Positions 40,466-50,570 of a stretch of DNA of 64,000 nt are shown in pieces. Every line of letters begins with the position of its first letter. Position 1 is the stretch's first letter. The notes below the pieces were generated by a model, which had not been told where the DNA came from, searched no databases, and saw only the letters and a list, made by a program, of their open reading frames with translations. Source of the DNA: Porticoccaceae bacterium (GTDB lineage: Bacteria; Pseudomonadota; Gammaproteobacteria; Pseudomonadales; Porticoccaceae); contig PCCK01000107.1 in the NCBI GenBank assembly GCA_002731695.1, positions 7-64,006 of the forward strand, read 5' to 3'. Made by a program: the position numbers and the translations under genes.

Positions 40466-41500
40466 TTAGATTTCAAGCCGCCAATTTAGAGTAGTCCCTG
40501 CCGCCAATGGCACTAGGGAGGAATTCCGGTAATCGATCTGATTTGGTACCTGCCATGGGTCACGTAGTAGTGAAATTAACTCGGAGTTTTTTTCTAAGCC
40601 ATAAAATTCTGCACCATTTACACTAGCAAATTGTTCTAACTGATGTAATGCGCCTGCTCGCTCAAAAGCTTCAGCATACAATTCGATGGCCGCATGATGG
40701 CTAAAACAACCGGCACATCCGCAGATATTCTCCTTGTTTTCACGAGCGTGGGGCGCTGAATCTGTTCCTAAAAAAAATTTTTTTTCTCCGCTAGTTGCGG
40801 CCTTAATCAGAGCATTTTGATGTAGGTCGCGCTTCAAAATTGGTAGACAAAAGAGGTGTGGTCTTATGCCACCTGCAAGCATATCATTTCTGTTAAAAAG
40901 CAAGTGCTGCGGCGTGATGGTGGCGGCTATGTATCCATCGCTGTCCCTGACAAAGTCTACACCTTGTTTTGTTGTGACATGTTCCAGTACGATCTTCAAT
41001 TCAGGAAAGTTGTGCTTTATTTTTGTTAAATGGCGATCAATAAATACTTTCTCGCGGTCGAAAATATCTACAGAACTCTCTGTAACTTCCCCATGTATTT
41101 GAAGTATGATTCCTAGCTCTTGCATAACGCCGAATACTCCGTTTAGTCGGTTAGGATTCGAAACGCCAGTTGCTGAGTTAGTCGTTGCGCCAGCCGGATA
41201 GTATTTGCATCCAAATATCAGCCCTTGATCATATGCGGCTTTTATGCATTTTTTTGATGTTTGATCGGTCAGATACATCACCATTAGGGGAGTCCATGTG
41301 CTGTCAGATGGTTTATAACTCAGTATTGAATCTCGATATTTTTTGATTGAATCGGCCGATGTGACGGGAGGCAATAAATTGGGCATTATTATGCAGCGCT
41401 CGAAGCAGCGCATCGCAGCGGGAACCGTTGTTTTTAGGGCGTCTTTGTCACGAAGATGCACGTGCCAATCATCAGGCTTTATTATTGAAATTTTATCCAT
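40466..41500 (-). CDS. pyrC: Dihydroorotase (type II)
   Basis: PDDWHVHLRD, MPNL, KYYPAGATTNS, FLGTDSAPH. Confidence 0.98.
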   Translation of the reverse strand: MDKISIIKPDDWHVHLRDKDALKTTVPAAMRCFERCIIMPNLLPPVTSADSIKKYRDSILSYKPSDSTWTPLMVMYLTDQTSKKCIKAAYDQGLIFGCKYYPAGATTNSATGVSNPNRLNGVFGVMQELGIILQIHGEVTESSVDIFDREKVFIDRHLTKIKHNFPELKIVLEHVTTKQGVDFVRDSDGYIAATITPQHLLFNRNDMLAGGIRPHLFCLPILKRDLHQNALIKAATSGEKKFFLGTDSAPHARENKENICGCAGCFSHHAAIELYAEAFERAGALHQLEQFASVNGAEFYGLEKNSELISLLRDPWQVPNQIDYRNSSLVPLAAGTTLNWRLEI

Positions 41501-41675
41501 TGGCTTGAGTACTGATCCATAATTTTTACACCAAACTTTGTATCAATGATAGCCTCGTAATTGCAATGGTGCATTCTCTTTTTAGTATGGATGAGTAAAA
41601 ATGTTTTCATGTTTAAAATAGTGCTAGAACTAAATGTGATAAAATAAGATCCTAATCGGAGTGTAGCGTTTATAT

Positions 41676-42329
41676 CTACTTGTTTTCACGGTAAAAGGCA
41701 GAGTCGATAGTGCTTTTAATAGCTAGGAGACCCGCTAAGATAAAAAACGCGCCACAAGGAAAATTGAAAATCAATACTTTAAAGTTTTCACCGAAAGGGT
41801 ACGCTATCCAGCTTTTAGCTACTGATCCAAATATAAGGTGCATGTCTTTAAAAATTGTGCCTGCGCCTAAAATTTCACGAGACACCCCTACAATCGATAG
41901 AATCATTAGGTAAGCGGTACCGCAAACTAATCCGTCATATGCTGCTTGAGCGACAGTCTTTTGGCATGTAATTGTGCTGATTCGGTCCCATATAATTCCA
42001 TTAGTTGCAATAAGAGGCACGAAGATCCCAATCGAAGTGGATAGCTCATAAGCAAAGGCTTGCATCACTAAATCTGTAATACACACTAAAGAAGCAACCA
42101 CCACAATATTGAATACAATCTGCATTTTTTCAGTTATTTTTTTACGCAATATGGAAATTGCAATGTTTGAACTTATCAGAATGACCAGTGTCGCAAGTCC
42201 TATAGCTAGTGCAGTAGACAAAGTAGTAGCGATAGATAGAACCGGTGTTATACCTAAAAGTTTCACTAGTGTTAGGTTATCGGTCCAAAAATGTCTATTG
42301 TTATTTTGAAAGAACGAAGAAGTGCTCAT
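41676..42329 (-). CDS. rnfE: RnfE/RsxE homologue lacking both Fe-S ligand cysteines
   Basis: GLAT, GIFVPLIATN, REILGAGT, P.GAF match RnfE; LLGLCP reads LLGITP and TNC reads TNG. Confidence 0.9.
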   Translation of the reverse strand: MSTSSFFQNNNRHFWTDNLTLVKLLGITPVLSIATTLSTALAIGLATLVILISSNIAISILRKKITEKMQIVFNIVVVASLVCITDLVMQAFAYELSTSIGIFVPLIATNGIIWDRISTITCQKTVAQAAYDGLVCGTAYLMILSIVGVSREILGAGTIFKDMHLIFGSVAKSWIAYPFGENFKVLIFNFPCGAFFILAGLLAIKSTIDSAFYRENK

Positions 42330-42970
42330 TGACTTAATTCCTCGAGATTTTTGAGTGAATCTTGGCCTATATTTGAGAGAGTATTCTCAAAAGTTAGTGC
42401 GGCGAAGACTTGCCGAACGACTGTTCGAGGCGTTATTGTTGCCCCTGTAAAAGTGTCAAAAGCGCCTCCATTAGATGTGACGTCCCAGTCAGCTTCAACT
42501 GTATTGGATAGAGAGCGTCCGGAAAATCGACTAATCCATTGGCTTTTAGTGACGTCTATTTGGTCTCCTAATCCTAGTGTTTCACTATGTGAAGTTACGC
42601 GTACATCAATAATACTTCTGCTCATATCAACACTAACAAGTATTTTGATATCGCCGCTATATCCTTTCCCGATCGCTGGGATTATTTTTGCTACAGGGTT
42701 ACCATAACTCTCTATTATATGATAACTATCATCACTACTAAGCCCAAGTGATCCCCAGTGCGCTCTCGGAACCAATAATGACTCAATTTTGATTCCTCCA
42801 TTATGATAAAATTTCGGTATGAGCTTTAATAATTCATCTTTTTCGGACGAAAATTTGTTAGAAGAAATAGTGCCTTGAGTTAAGGAGTTCACAAATGCTA
42901 GCACTAGCATTGACAGAACTGCGGTAAGACTAATGACGATAAAACTTTGTTGATTCGCCTGATTTATCAT
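42326..42970 (-). CDS. rnfG: RnfG/RsxG FMN-binding subunit
   Basis: N-terminal TM, GYSGDI, HSETLGLGD, FDTFTGATITPR flavinylation motif (Thr178). Confidence 0.93.
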   Translation of the reverse strand: MINQANQQSFIVISLTAVLSMLVLAFVNSLTQGTISSNKFSSEKDELLKLIPKFYHNGGIKIESLLVPRAHWGSLGLSSDDSYHIIESYGNPVAKIIPAIGKGYSGDIKILVSVDMSRSIIDVRVTSHSETLGLGDQIDVTKSQWISRFSGRSLSNTVEADWDVTSNGGAFDTFTGATITPRTVVRQVFAALTFENTLSNIGQDSLKNLEELSQ

Positions 42971-43993
42971 CTATTCATTTTCCTTATTATTCGTCATCAC
43001 TAAATATTTATCTATCGTCGGGGCTGTGAAATTGGCTATAAGGACTGCAAAGGCTAGGCCATCTGGGTAGTCACTCCAGCCACGAAGAAAAAACACTAAA
43101 ACTCCTATGAGAATTCCAAAAGCAAGACGGCCTCTTGCGCTCGCGGCTGAGGATACAGGGTCAGTAATTATAAAAAAAGCGCCCAGCATAGTTGCTCCGC
43201 TAAAAAGGTGGAAGATTGGGGAACCAAGACTCGCGGAGCTTCCGGAATCCCAAAAAACAAGTGATAGAACTACAATGCTTCCAAGCATTCCGCTGGGTGC
43301 ATGCCAAGTGATTATTTTGGTAATAATTAAGAAAACACCACCTAAAAGAAAACTCAGGTTAATCCATTCCCAACCGACTCCAGCCCAAACACCCTCCGAA
43401 AAAACTTTTTTCTCTGAGTAAAGTTGGTTTATAAGAAGACCATTATTTTGTCTCAAAGACTCTAGAGGAGTTGCGCCCGTCACACCGTCAAATTGCTGCA
43501 TATGACCAACTATAATTTTGATTGATTCAATCAACGTTGGGTAATGGGCATCGGAGGAGTTAGATACATCCATTGCTACCCATTGGCTCATTGGAAAAGG
43601 GAAACATAATAATAACGTTGCATAGCCAATCATTGCAGGATTGAAAGGGCTGGCTCCAATACCGCCATAGGCATGTTTACCTATTAGGATCGCCACAGAA
43701 CAGCCTATTACTGGCAACCACCACGGGCAAAGAGGCGGTAATGACAAGCCAATAAAGATGGCAGTTAACAATGTGTCAGAGTCTTGTAGACGAAAATTTA
43801 GCGATTGCCCTCTCAGGCTTAATGCAACAGCGTCAAAGATTTTGGAGCTGACAACGCATATTACAATATTTAACAGTACACCCCAGCCGAAGCACCAAGA
43901 AAGTGCAAAGAAACCAGGGAGGCACGCTAAAATTACTAGAAACTTTGTTGGGAGGCCGCGTAGATTAGGAGTGTTTAGAACCAAAATGCTCAC
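42971..43993 (-). CDS. rnfD: RnfD/RsxD membrane flavoprotein subunit
   Basis: K..YGG.G..PFNPAM, DGVTGATPL (Thr175), AFFIITDPV, YPDG.AFAVL..N. Confidence 0.95.
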   Translation of the reverse strand: MSILVLNTPNLRGLPTKFLVILACLPGFFALSWCFGWGVLLNIVICVVSSKIFDAVALSLRGQSLNFRLQDSDTLLTAIFIGLSLPPLCPWWLPVIGCSVAILIGKHAYGGIGASPFNPAMIGYATLLLCFPFPMSQWVAMDVSNSSDAHYPTLIESIKIIVGHMQQFDGVTGATPLESLRQNNGLLINQLYSEKKVFSEGVWAGVGWEWINLSFLLGGVFLIITKIITWHAPSGMLGSIVVLSLVFWDSGSSASLGSPIFHLFSGATMLGAFFIITDPVSSAASARGRLAFGILIGVLVFFLRGWSDYPDGLAFAVLIANFTAPTIDKYLVMTNNKENE

Positions 43994-44578
43994 TCACACT
44001 ATCCCACGGAATCCGGAAAAGGCCATAGAAATTACTCCCATTGTAATCAGGGCAATGGGGCCTCCCCGGAGATGTTGGGGTATGTGTGACCCAGTTATCC
44101 TATCTTTTATATTTGAAAATGAAATTAGAACTATAGAAAAACCGATACCCGCGCCAAGGCCATGAGACATTGCTTGAAAAACTGATTTTACGTTTTGAGA
44201 ATTCTGTAAAGCGATTCCTAAAATGGCTGAGTTACTAAATAATAGTGAAAAGAAAACATCAAAAATTTTGTCGGTATAAACTTTATATTTTTTCATCAAA
44301 TATTTATGAAGCGATACGACTGCAAAAATTAACAGCATAAAAGACAGAGTACGCAAATAGACAAGTTGCAGAGGCCCGAGAATTATTTCTTCAAAACAAT
44401 GAATTACACCGCAGCTTATCGTCATCACTGAGGTTGTTATTAAGGCTATTGCGGGAACGGCTTCAGTACTATCAGGGAGGCGCATAGAATCAGAGACGCC
44501 TAAAGTATGCACCAATACGTAGTTACTACTGAGGCTAGCCACAATAATTAAGTAGGTGAACTCTTCTATTGTGAGCAT
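43994..44578 (-). CDS. rnfA: RnfA/RsxA homologue lacking both Fe-S ligand cysteines
   Basis: YLRTL.F, AILG.AL, G.GF, P..LRG.PIALIT.G..SMAF.GF.G match RnfA; LGLCP reads LGVSD and TNC reads SNS. Confidence 0.88.
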   Translation of the reverse strand: MLTIEEFTYLIIVASLSSNYVLVHTLGVSDSMRLPDSTEAVPAIALITTSVMTISCGVIHCFEEIILGPLQLVYLRTLSFMLLIFAVVSLHKYLMKKYKVYTDKIFDVFFSLLFSNSAILGIALQNSQNVKSVFQAMSHGLGAGIGFSIVLISFSNIKDRITGSHIPQHLRGGPIALITMGVISMAFSGFRGIV

Positions 44579-44644
44579 CCGTTATCTCCAATAAACCAGA
44601 AATTTGAGCACCCAACTTTACCAAGGTTAGATTTCTTTTAGATT

Positions 44645-46663
44645 TTACGTAACTCGCTGTCCTGCAGCTGCTCCGATATCAGGTTCAAGAAGGTAGATAC
44701 CATTCTTTGAGCTTGCGGCAAGCACCATTCCATGAGAAGTGCCAAAGCGCATTTTGCGAGGAGCTATATTTGCTATCAATAAAGTTAATCTGCCTTCCAG
44801 TTGCTCAGGAAGATATCTAGATTTAATGCCCGAAAATACTTGTCTCGTTTCCGTGCCAATATCCAAAGTGAGTTTTACTAGCTTGGTTGACCCTTCAACT
44901 GCCTCAGCTTTGACGATTTTTGCGATTCGGAGATCCATTTTACGGAACTCTTCAATTGTGACCTCCTCAATTGCTACTCGATTGACCTCATCTTTGTTTT
45001 TCATTGTTAATGATTTGTTTACGTTGTCATTGTTTGCTGAGAGCATCGATTTGATTGATTTTTTGTCGATTCTTCTGATCATTGGAAAAAAAGTTTCTAT
45101 ACGATGGTTGGTTAGTGGCTGAGTTATACCACTCCAATTTAACTCATCATTCAAAAAAACTTCGCTGGCTCTTGCTGTTTTAGGGAGGATCGGCTTTAGG
45201 TAGATCATGAGGATACGGAACAAATTAATTCCCAGAGAGCAGATGTCTTGAACCTCTTGCTTTTTCTCCTTATCTTTGTTTAATTTCCATGGCTCTGATG
45301 CAGCAATATACTCATTAATTGAATCCGCCTCGGCCATTATTAATCGCACTGCTCCACTAAAATTTCGTTTTTCGTAAAGTCCGGCAATCTTATCTGAGAC
45401 ACCTGCAACCTTTTCCAAAAGTTCAGAATTGTGGATCGTCGCCGATAAAATGCCAGCATTTCCATGAGTAACAAATTTCGCGCATCTACTTGCTATGTTG
45501 ACCACTTTTCCGACAAGATCACTGTTAACTTTCTGAACAAAGTCATCGAGATTTAAATCTATATCATCGATTGATCGAGATAACTTGCTTGCGTAATAAT
45601 ATCGGAGATATTCGGGATTTAAATGCTCTAAATAGCTTCTTGCATTTATGAAGGTGCCTCTAGACTTGGACATTTTTGAACCATTTATTGTTACAAAGCC
45701 ATGCACCGCAATTTCTGTCGGTGTTCGGAAACCAGTACTTTTGAGAATAGCGGGCCAAAATAAAGCATGAAAGTTTACTATGTCTTTGCCTATAAAATGA
45801 TAGAGTTCCGCCGTGCTGTCAGCACTCCAGAAAGCATCGAAATTGATACCACGTTTTTTGCATAGCGCCTTAAAACTAGCCATGTAACCAATTGGTGCAT
45901 CGAGCCAAACATAAAAATATTTATCCGATGTGCCAGGGATTTTAAAACCAAAATAGGGTGCATCGCGACTTATATCCCAATCTTTGAGGTCGTTGATTAG
46001 CCACTCTTGTAGTTTATTCGAAACTTCTGTTTGTAAATGTCTATCCGAGGCCCATGATCTCAAGAAATCAGTAAATTCCGAGAGTTTGAAAAAATAGTGG
46101 AGCGATTCTTTAGTGATGGGAGTAGTACCAGAAAGAACTGATATGGGGTTAATCAATTCTGTGGCTTGATATGTAGCGCCGCAGGATTCACAATTATCGC
46201 CATACTGATCGCTTGCCTTGCACTTGGGGCATCGTCCTTTTATATATCGGTCTGCCAAAAAGATTTTTTTCTTTGAATCAAAAGACTGCACTATTGTTCT
46301 TTGGGCAATATGACCTCGATCGACCAAACGTTTATATATTAATTCGACTAATTCTTTGTTCTCATCTGCATGTGTAGAGTGGAAGTGGTCGACATCGATT
46401 AAGAAATCAGAAAAGTCAGCTTCATGCGACGCCTGCATTTTCTTAATGTGCTCTTCTGGAGAAATTCCTTGCTCATCTGCTCGTAACATGATGGCCGTGC
46501 CGTGTGCATCATCGGCACAAACATAGTAACAATCGTTCCCGCTAATCTTTTGGAATCGGGTCCAGATGTCCGTTTGTGTGTACTCGAGTATATGTCCGAG
46601 ATGTAAAGGGGCATTGGCGTATGGGAGAGCACTGGTTACGAGTATTTTTCGAACGGGAGACAT
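44645..46663 (-). CDS. metG: Methionine--tRNA ligase
   Basis: ALPYAN..HLGH, Zn knuckles, [17 protein letters not shown]-terminal tRNA-binding domain. Confidence 0.98.
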   Translation of the reverse strand: MSPVRKILVTSALPYANAPLHLGHILEYTQTDIWTRFQKISGNDCYYVCADDAHGTAIMLRADEQGISPEEHIKKMQASHEADFSDFLIDVDHFHSTHADENKELVELIYKRLVDRGHIAQRTIVQSFDSKKKIFLADRYIKGRCPKCKASDQYGDNCESCGATYQATELINPISVLSGTTPITKESLHYFFKLSEFTDFLRSWASDRHLQTEVSNKLQEWLINDLKDWDISRDAPYFGFKIPGTSDKYFYVWLDAPIGYMASFKALCKKRGINFDAFWSADSTAELYHFIGKDIVNFHALFWPAILKSTGFRTPTEIAVHGFVTINGSKMSKSRGTFINARSYLEHLNPEYLRYYYASKLSRSIDDIDLNLDDFVQKVNSDLVGKVVNIASRCAKFVTHGNAGILSATIHNSELLEKVAGVSDKIAGLYEKRNFSGAVRLIMAEADSINEYIAASEPWKLNKDKEKKQEVQDICSLGINLFRILMIYLKPILPKTARASEVFLNDELNWSGITQPLTNHRIETFFPMIRRIDKKSIKSMLSANNDNVNKSLTMKNKDEVNRVAIEEVTIEEFRKMDLRIAKIVKAEAVEGSTKLVKLTLDIGTETRQVFSGIKSRYLPEQLEGRLTLLIANIAPRKMRFGTSHGMVLAASSKNGIYLLEPDIGAAAGQRVT

Positions 46664-46789
46664 TAAGATTCTTGGCCAGCATAAAAAAATAGACTAAGTC
46701 ATAATATATAGTTTGAATAGAATTTTCATTTGTTATTCTTGAAAATGTTGTTAGTTTACTGAGAGATGTTTTATTTTGCGGGGTGAATT

Positions 46790-47590
46790 TTGATTAATAA
46801 TGTGAAAAGTGTTGTTGCGGTTGCTTCGGGTAAAGGAGGAGTAGGGAAGTCGACGGTTGCAGTTAATTTAGCATTAGGATTATCTTATAGTGGATACGAG
46901 GTAGGGCTTTTAGACGCGGATATATATGGTCCAAGTATTTCGAAGATGCTCGGTGTAACTGAGGGTACACGTCCAAAATCTGTTGATGGAAAAAAACTTT
47001 TACCCATAAAAAAATTTGGGTTAAATACCATGTCAATGTCATATCTTGTAACCGACACGACGCCGATGGCATGGAGAGGTCCTATGGCCTCGGGTGCCTT
47101 AAAACAGATGTTACACTTCACTGACTGGGGGAAGCTAGATATTCTTCTAGTAGATATGCCCCCTGGTACTGGTGATATTCAACTCACGCTCGCTCAACAA
47201 ATAGCGCTCGCAGGCGTTATTATAGTAACAACGCCTCAGGATATCGCTTTAATGGATGCAAAACGCGGAATCGAGATGTTTAGTAAAATGCGCGTGCCTA
47301 TTCTTGGAGTGGTAGAAAATATGGCAATGCATGAGTGTAATTTTTGTGGTCAGAGCCAAGAGATTTTTGGGACCGGCGGTGGCGCCGCGATTGCTTTGGA
47401 GTATAACACTATCTTACTTGGCCAATTAGCATTGGCTAAGGATGTCAGAGAGTGTGGTGATCGGGGGATGCCAGTGATAGCAGCGAATCCAAAAAGCAAA
47501 GCTGCCCTAGCATGCAAGAGCTTGGCCGATTTGGTTGGACAAGTTATTTCTAGCCAACAAGGAAATGAACCAGAGTTGGTAATAGAATAA
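46790..47590 (+). CDS. apbC: Fe-S cluster carrier ApbC/Mrp (short form)
   Basis: SGKGGVGKST, DADIYGPS, WRGPM, DMPPGTGD, ENM...CNFC. Confidence 0.95.
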   Translation: MINNVKSVVAVASGKGGVGKSTVAVNLALGLSYSGYEVGLLDADIYGPSISKMLGVTEGTRPKSVDGKKLLPIKKFGLNTMSMSYLVTDTTPMAWRGPMASGALKQMLHFTDWGKLDILLVDMPPGTGDIQLTLAQQIALAGVIIVTTPQDIALMDAKRGIEMFSKMRVPILGVVENMAMHECNFCGQSQEIFGTGGGAAIALEYNTILLGQLALAKDVRECGDRGMPVIAANPKSKAALACKSLADLVGQVISSQQGNEPELVIE

Positions 47591-47682
47591 TTAAATTAAA
47601 AGACAAAACTTTGAGCGATCGATTGCTCGCCATTCTAAGCTATAATCAGGTGCTCGAATGCATATCGATTGGAGTTTAATTT

Positions 47683-48249
47683 ATGAGTATTAAATCAGAT
47701 AAGTGGATCAGTAAAATGGCCATGGATATGAGGATGATTGAGCCATTCGAGGGAAGGCAAATAAGAGAGGTTTCCGGCAATAAAGTCATATCCTATGGAG
47801 TGTCAAGTTACGGATATGATGTTCGCTGTGCTGATGAATTTAAGATCTTTACTAATGTGCATTCTAAAACTGTTGATCCTAAACATTTTGATTCCGACGC
47901 TTTTGTCGATGTCGCTGGAGATTTTTGCTTAATACCGCCAAACTCTTTTGCATTAGCGAGGACTATCGAATACTTCAGGATTCCCCGACAGGTGCTAACT
48001 ATTTGTCTTGGAAAATCAACTTATGCTAGATGCGGTATCATAGTAAATGTGACTCCTTTGGAACCTGAATGGGAAGGGCACGTGACGTTGGAATTTTCAA
48101 ATACTACTAATCTGCCGGCAAAAATATATGCCAACGAGGGTGTGGCGCAAATGTTGTTTTTTGAGTCGGACGAACTTTGCAAAATTTCTTACGCGGATCG
48201 AGGTGGGAAGTACCAGAAACAGAAGGGAGTAACGCTGCCTAAAGCATGA
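47683..48249 (+). CDS. dcd: dCTP deaminase
   Basis: [25 protein letters not shown]. Confidence 0.97.
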   Translation: MSIKSDKWISKMAMDMRMIEPFEGRQIREVSGNKVISYGVSSYGYDVRCADEFKIFTNVHSKTVDPKHFDSDAFVDVAGDFCLIPPNSFALARTIEYFRIPRQVLTICLGKSTYARCGIIVNVTPLEPEWEGHVTLEFSNTTNLPAKIYANEGVAQMLFFESDELCKISYADRGGKYQKQKGVTLPKA

Positions 48250-48267
48250 CTATTTAATAAAGACTTC

Positions 48268-49113
48268 TTAAGGATTTAAAAGCGCATCCCTTAACATTAG
48301 GGCCTGCTGCTGGAGTTTCTGCGTGTTTTCGGGGCCCGTGCGCAACAGTTGTTTTTGTATGGGAGTTAATTCCTCTAAATCTGGATCGGCAAATTGGTAG
48401 AGCACTGATTCATGAGATAACAAAATGGGTCGCGCTATTATTGGTGTTGATAGAATTTGCTCAATTGATTGCAAAATTATTCCATCCATTTGTCGAGAGT
48501 TATAGCCCATTTCTGCGAAAGCCGCCTCTAGTAGCGGGCGAGTGCTATGAAATATTTCTGCTATCAATGCCATATCCACGTTCAGTATGACATCTATGGT
48601 TTCGCTGTAACGTTCATAATTTCCAGCGTTTAAGAAAAGCTCATCACCAGTCTTATGCGTGGTAAAATCTCCTTCGGGCGCACTTAGAGGAAAGATTTTG
48701 TTTAATATGACTCCGCGTGATAAACCATCAAAGTAGCTTGCCGCTCTGCGGAAGAGGTCATCTTTTGTAATCCATCGTATGAATGATGAGTCCGACGAAA
48801 TAATAGTCAGACTCTCTCTCAAGAAAGAATCACTATTATTTAACGCTGGCAGAGTAACTTTCTCTACGACCGATGTGTCTACCGCCTCGGAAACTGACTT
48901 AGGAGTTGATGAGGGAATTCTAGCCTCCGGAATTATTTGACCATCAGGAAATGCGAGGGTAACCTCGTCTGCTTCGCTAATTAAAACTGTTGAAGAGTCA
49001 GTTTTTTCGGCTTGTCGGTTAACGAAAGCTATAGTTGAGACCAGAGTGGCGAGCACTATACACAGTAAGAGAATATATATTTTAGATCTCTTGAAAAGAT
49101 TGGAAGTACTCAT
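48268..49113 (-). CDS. DUF3014-like membrane-anchored protein
   Basis: N-terminal TM, LP.L..SD, NYERY, AF.E.GY, FADP.LE.L..QK.LLR.GP.N. Confidence 0.75.
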   Translation of the reverse strand: MSTSNLFKRSKIYILLLCIVLATLVSTIAFVNRQAEKTDSSTVLISEADEVTLAFPDGQIIPEARIPSSTPKSVSEAVDTSVVEKVTLPALNNSDSFLRESLTIISSDSSFIRWITKDDLFRRAASYFDGLSRGVILNKIFPLSAPEGDFTTHKTGDELFLNAGNYERYSETIDVILNVDMALIAEIFHSTRPLLEAAFAEMGYNSRQMDGIILQSIEQILSTPIIARPILLSHESVLYQFADPDLEELTPIQKQLLRTGPENTQKLQQQALMLRDALLNP

Positions 49114-49847
49114 TTTTCATCCAGATTTTTAGCGAGCATTTGCATACCATCAATTACTGCACTTTGAATAACCATACTATATTTTTCATTATTTTCTATT
49201 TGCTCCAATTTTACTAGAAAATATGTCCAGTTTTTTGCGAGCCATAGAGTTGTTTGACGAGATTTACTGTCCCGCCCTCGAGTTAAAACGATTGTTTCGA
49301 TTGAGCCGAGTGGAGTTTCAATGGTTTCTTCACCAACTTTTCGATAATTATATAGATGTTTTTTCCCGCGATTTATGACCACATATTCTAGTACAATTAA
49401 GTCTTCAATCAAATCGCGCTGCAATTGCAAACGGTGAGTAATAGAGTCAAAAGCATGGGAGGGTAAAACGATTTCCGAAACCGCTCCCTTTTTTCTATGA
49501 ACAACCTTATTTTCATTCCACAAAAACTCTTGTTCCTCTTGACGAATCGCACCAAAAAAAGAACGTTTATCGTATGAATATAAAGGTATCAATTTACCAC
49601 TATCGTCAAATTCATACCTCGATAGTTGGGTTAGATTGCCGAAAATAGATGATGCATCTAAAATATCCTCGTAGATGTTGTTGTCGTCTACAGTGACAGT
49701 TTTTTTTGCTTTTACAGGAATACCATTATAGGACGCCGCATATTCTGCAATTGATTCAACCATAACCGCGTCTAAGGTTGGCACTTTGCAGACAACAGGG
49801 GTTGTTGCTGAAAAGGTTACTAACACAAGGAGCACAGTTTTTCCCAT
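49110..49847 (-). CDS. DUF3108-like secreted protein
   Basis: Signal peptide, GEE.I.TP.G and T..W.A..W motifs; follows purN as in Pseudomonas. Confidence 0.7.
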   Translation of the reverse strand: MGKTVLLVLVTFSATTPVVCKVPTLDAVMVESIAEYAASYNGIPVKAKKTVTVDDNNIYEDILDASSIFGNLTQLSRYEFDDSGKLIPLYSYDKRSFFGAIRQEEQEFLWNENKVVHRKKGAVSEIVLPSHAFDSITHRLQLQRDLIEDLIVLEYVVINRGKKHLYNYRKVGEETIETPLGSIETIVLTRGRDSKSRQTTLWLAKNWTYFLVKLEQIENNEKYSMVIQSAVIDGMQMLAKNLDEK

Positions 49848-49866
49848 TTTATACCCTGAGATCAAG

Positions 49867-50568
49867 CTAATTAGTTTCAAGTGACACACCAATTTGTTGA
49901 ATTGAATTACTTTTCGTGAAATGCTTTCCCATTGCAGGTAGAGGGATGCCGTCAAAGACAACGACTCCATTTTTTAGTTCTAATCGTCTATCGCAGAACC
50001 ATTGAACCGCCATAGGAAAAATAATATGCTCCAATTCTCGCACTCTCTTAGCGAGTGATTCAGAACTTTCATGAGGGCGAATCTTTAATTTTGCTTGTAA
50101 AATGTATGGTCCTTCATCGAGTTTTTCATCGGCGAAGTGGACGGTCGCGCCTGCGAATGACTCTCCCGCTTCTATTGCTCTTTGATGAGTCTTAAGGCCT
50201 TTATATTTGGGAAGAAGTGACGGATGAATATTAATTACATTTTGGTGGAAGCGATGAAGGAATATGTTGCTCAAAATACGCATAAATCCAGATAAAAGAA
50301 TTAAAGTTGGGTTGAATTTTGCCACAGTATTCGCGAGAGCAAGATCAAACTCATCGCGATGATTGAAATGGGTATGATCAAGCGTTATTGCTGGGATGCC
50401 AGCGAGTTTTGCGCGTTCTAACCCAAAAACATTCGTTCGATTGCTGATCACTCCGACAATTTCGGCGTTAATTTTCCCCATTTTACGGGCATCGATTATT
50501 GATTGGAGATTAGTGCCATTACCGGAGATGAGAATAACTATTCGATTTGTGACACGATTTTTTGCCAT
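49867..50568 (-). CDS. purN: Phosphoribosylglycinamide formyltransferase
   Basis: ISGNGTNLQ, GFMRIL, NIHPSLLP, GATVH. Confidence 0.97.
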   Translation of the reverse strand: MAKNRVTNRIVILISGNGTNLQSIIDARKMGKINAEIVGVISNRTNVFGLERAKLAGIPAITLDHTHFNHRDEFDLALANTVAKFNPTLILLSGFMRILSNIFLHRFHQNVINIHPSLLPKYKGLKTHQRAIEAGESFAGATVHFADEKLDEGPYILQAKLKIRPHESSESLAKRVRELEHIIFPMAVQWFCDRRLELKNGVVVFDGIPLPAMGKHFTKSNSIQQIGVSLETN

Positions 50569-50570
50569 GT

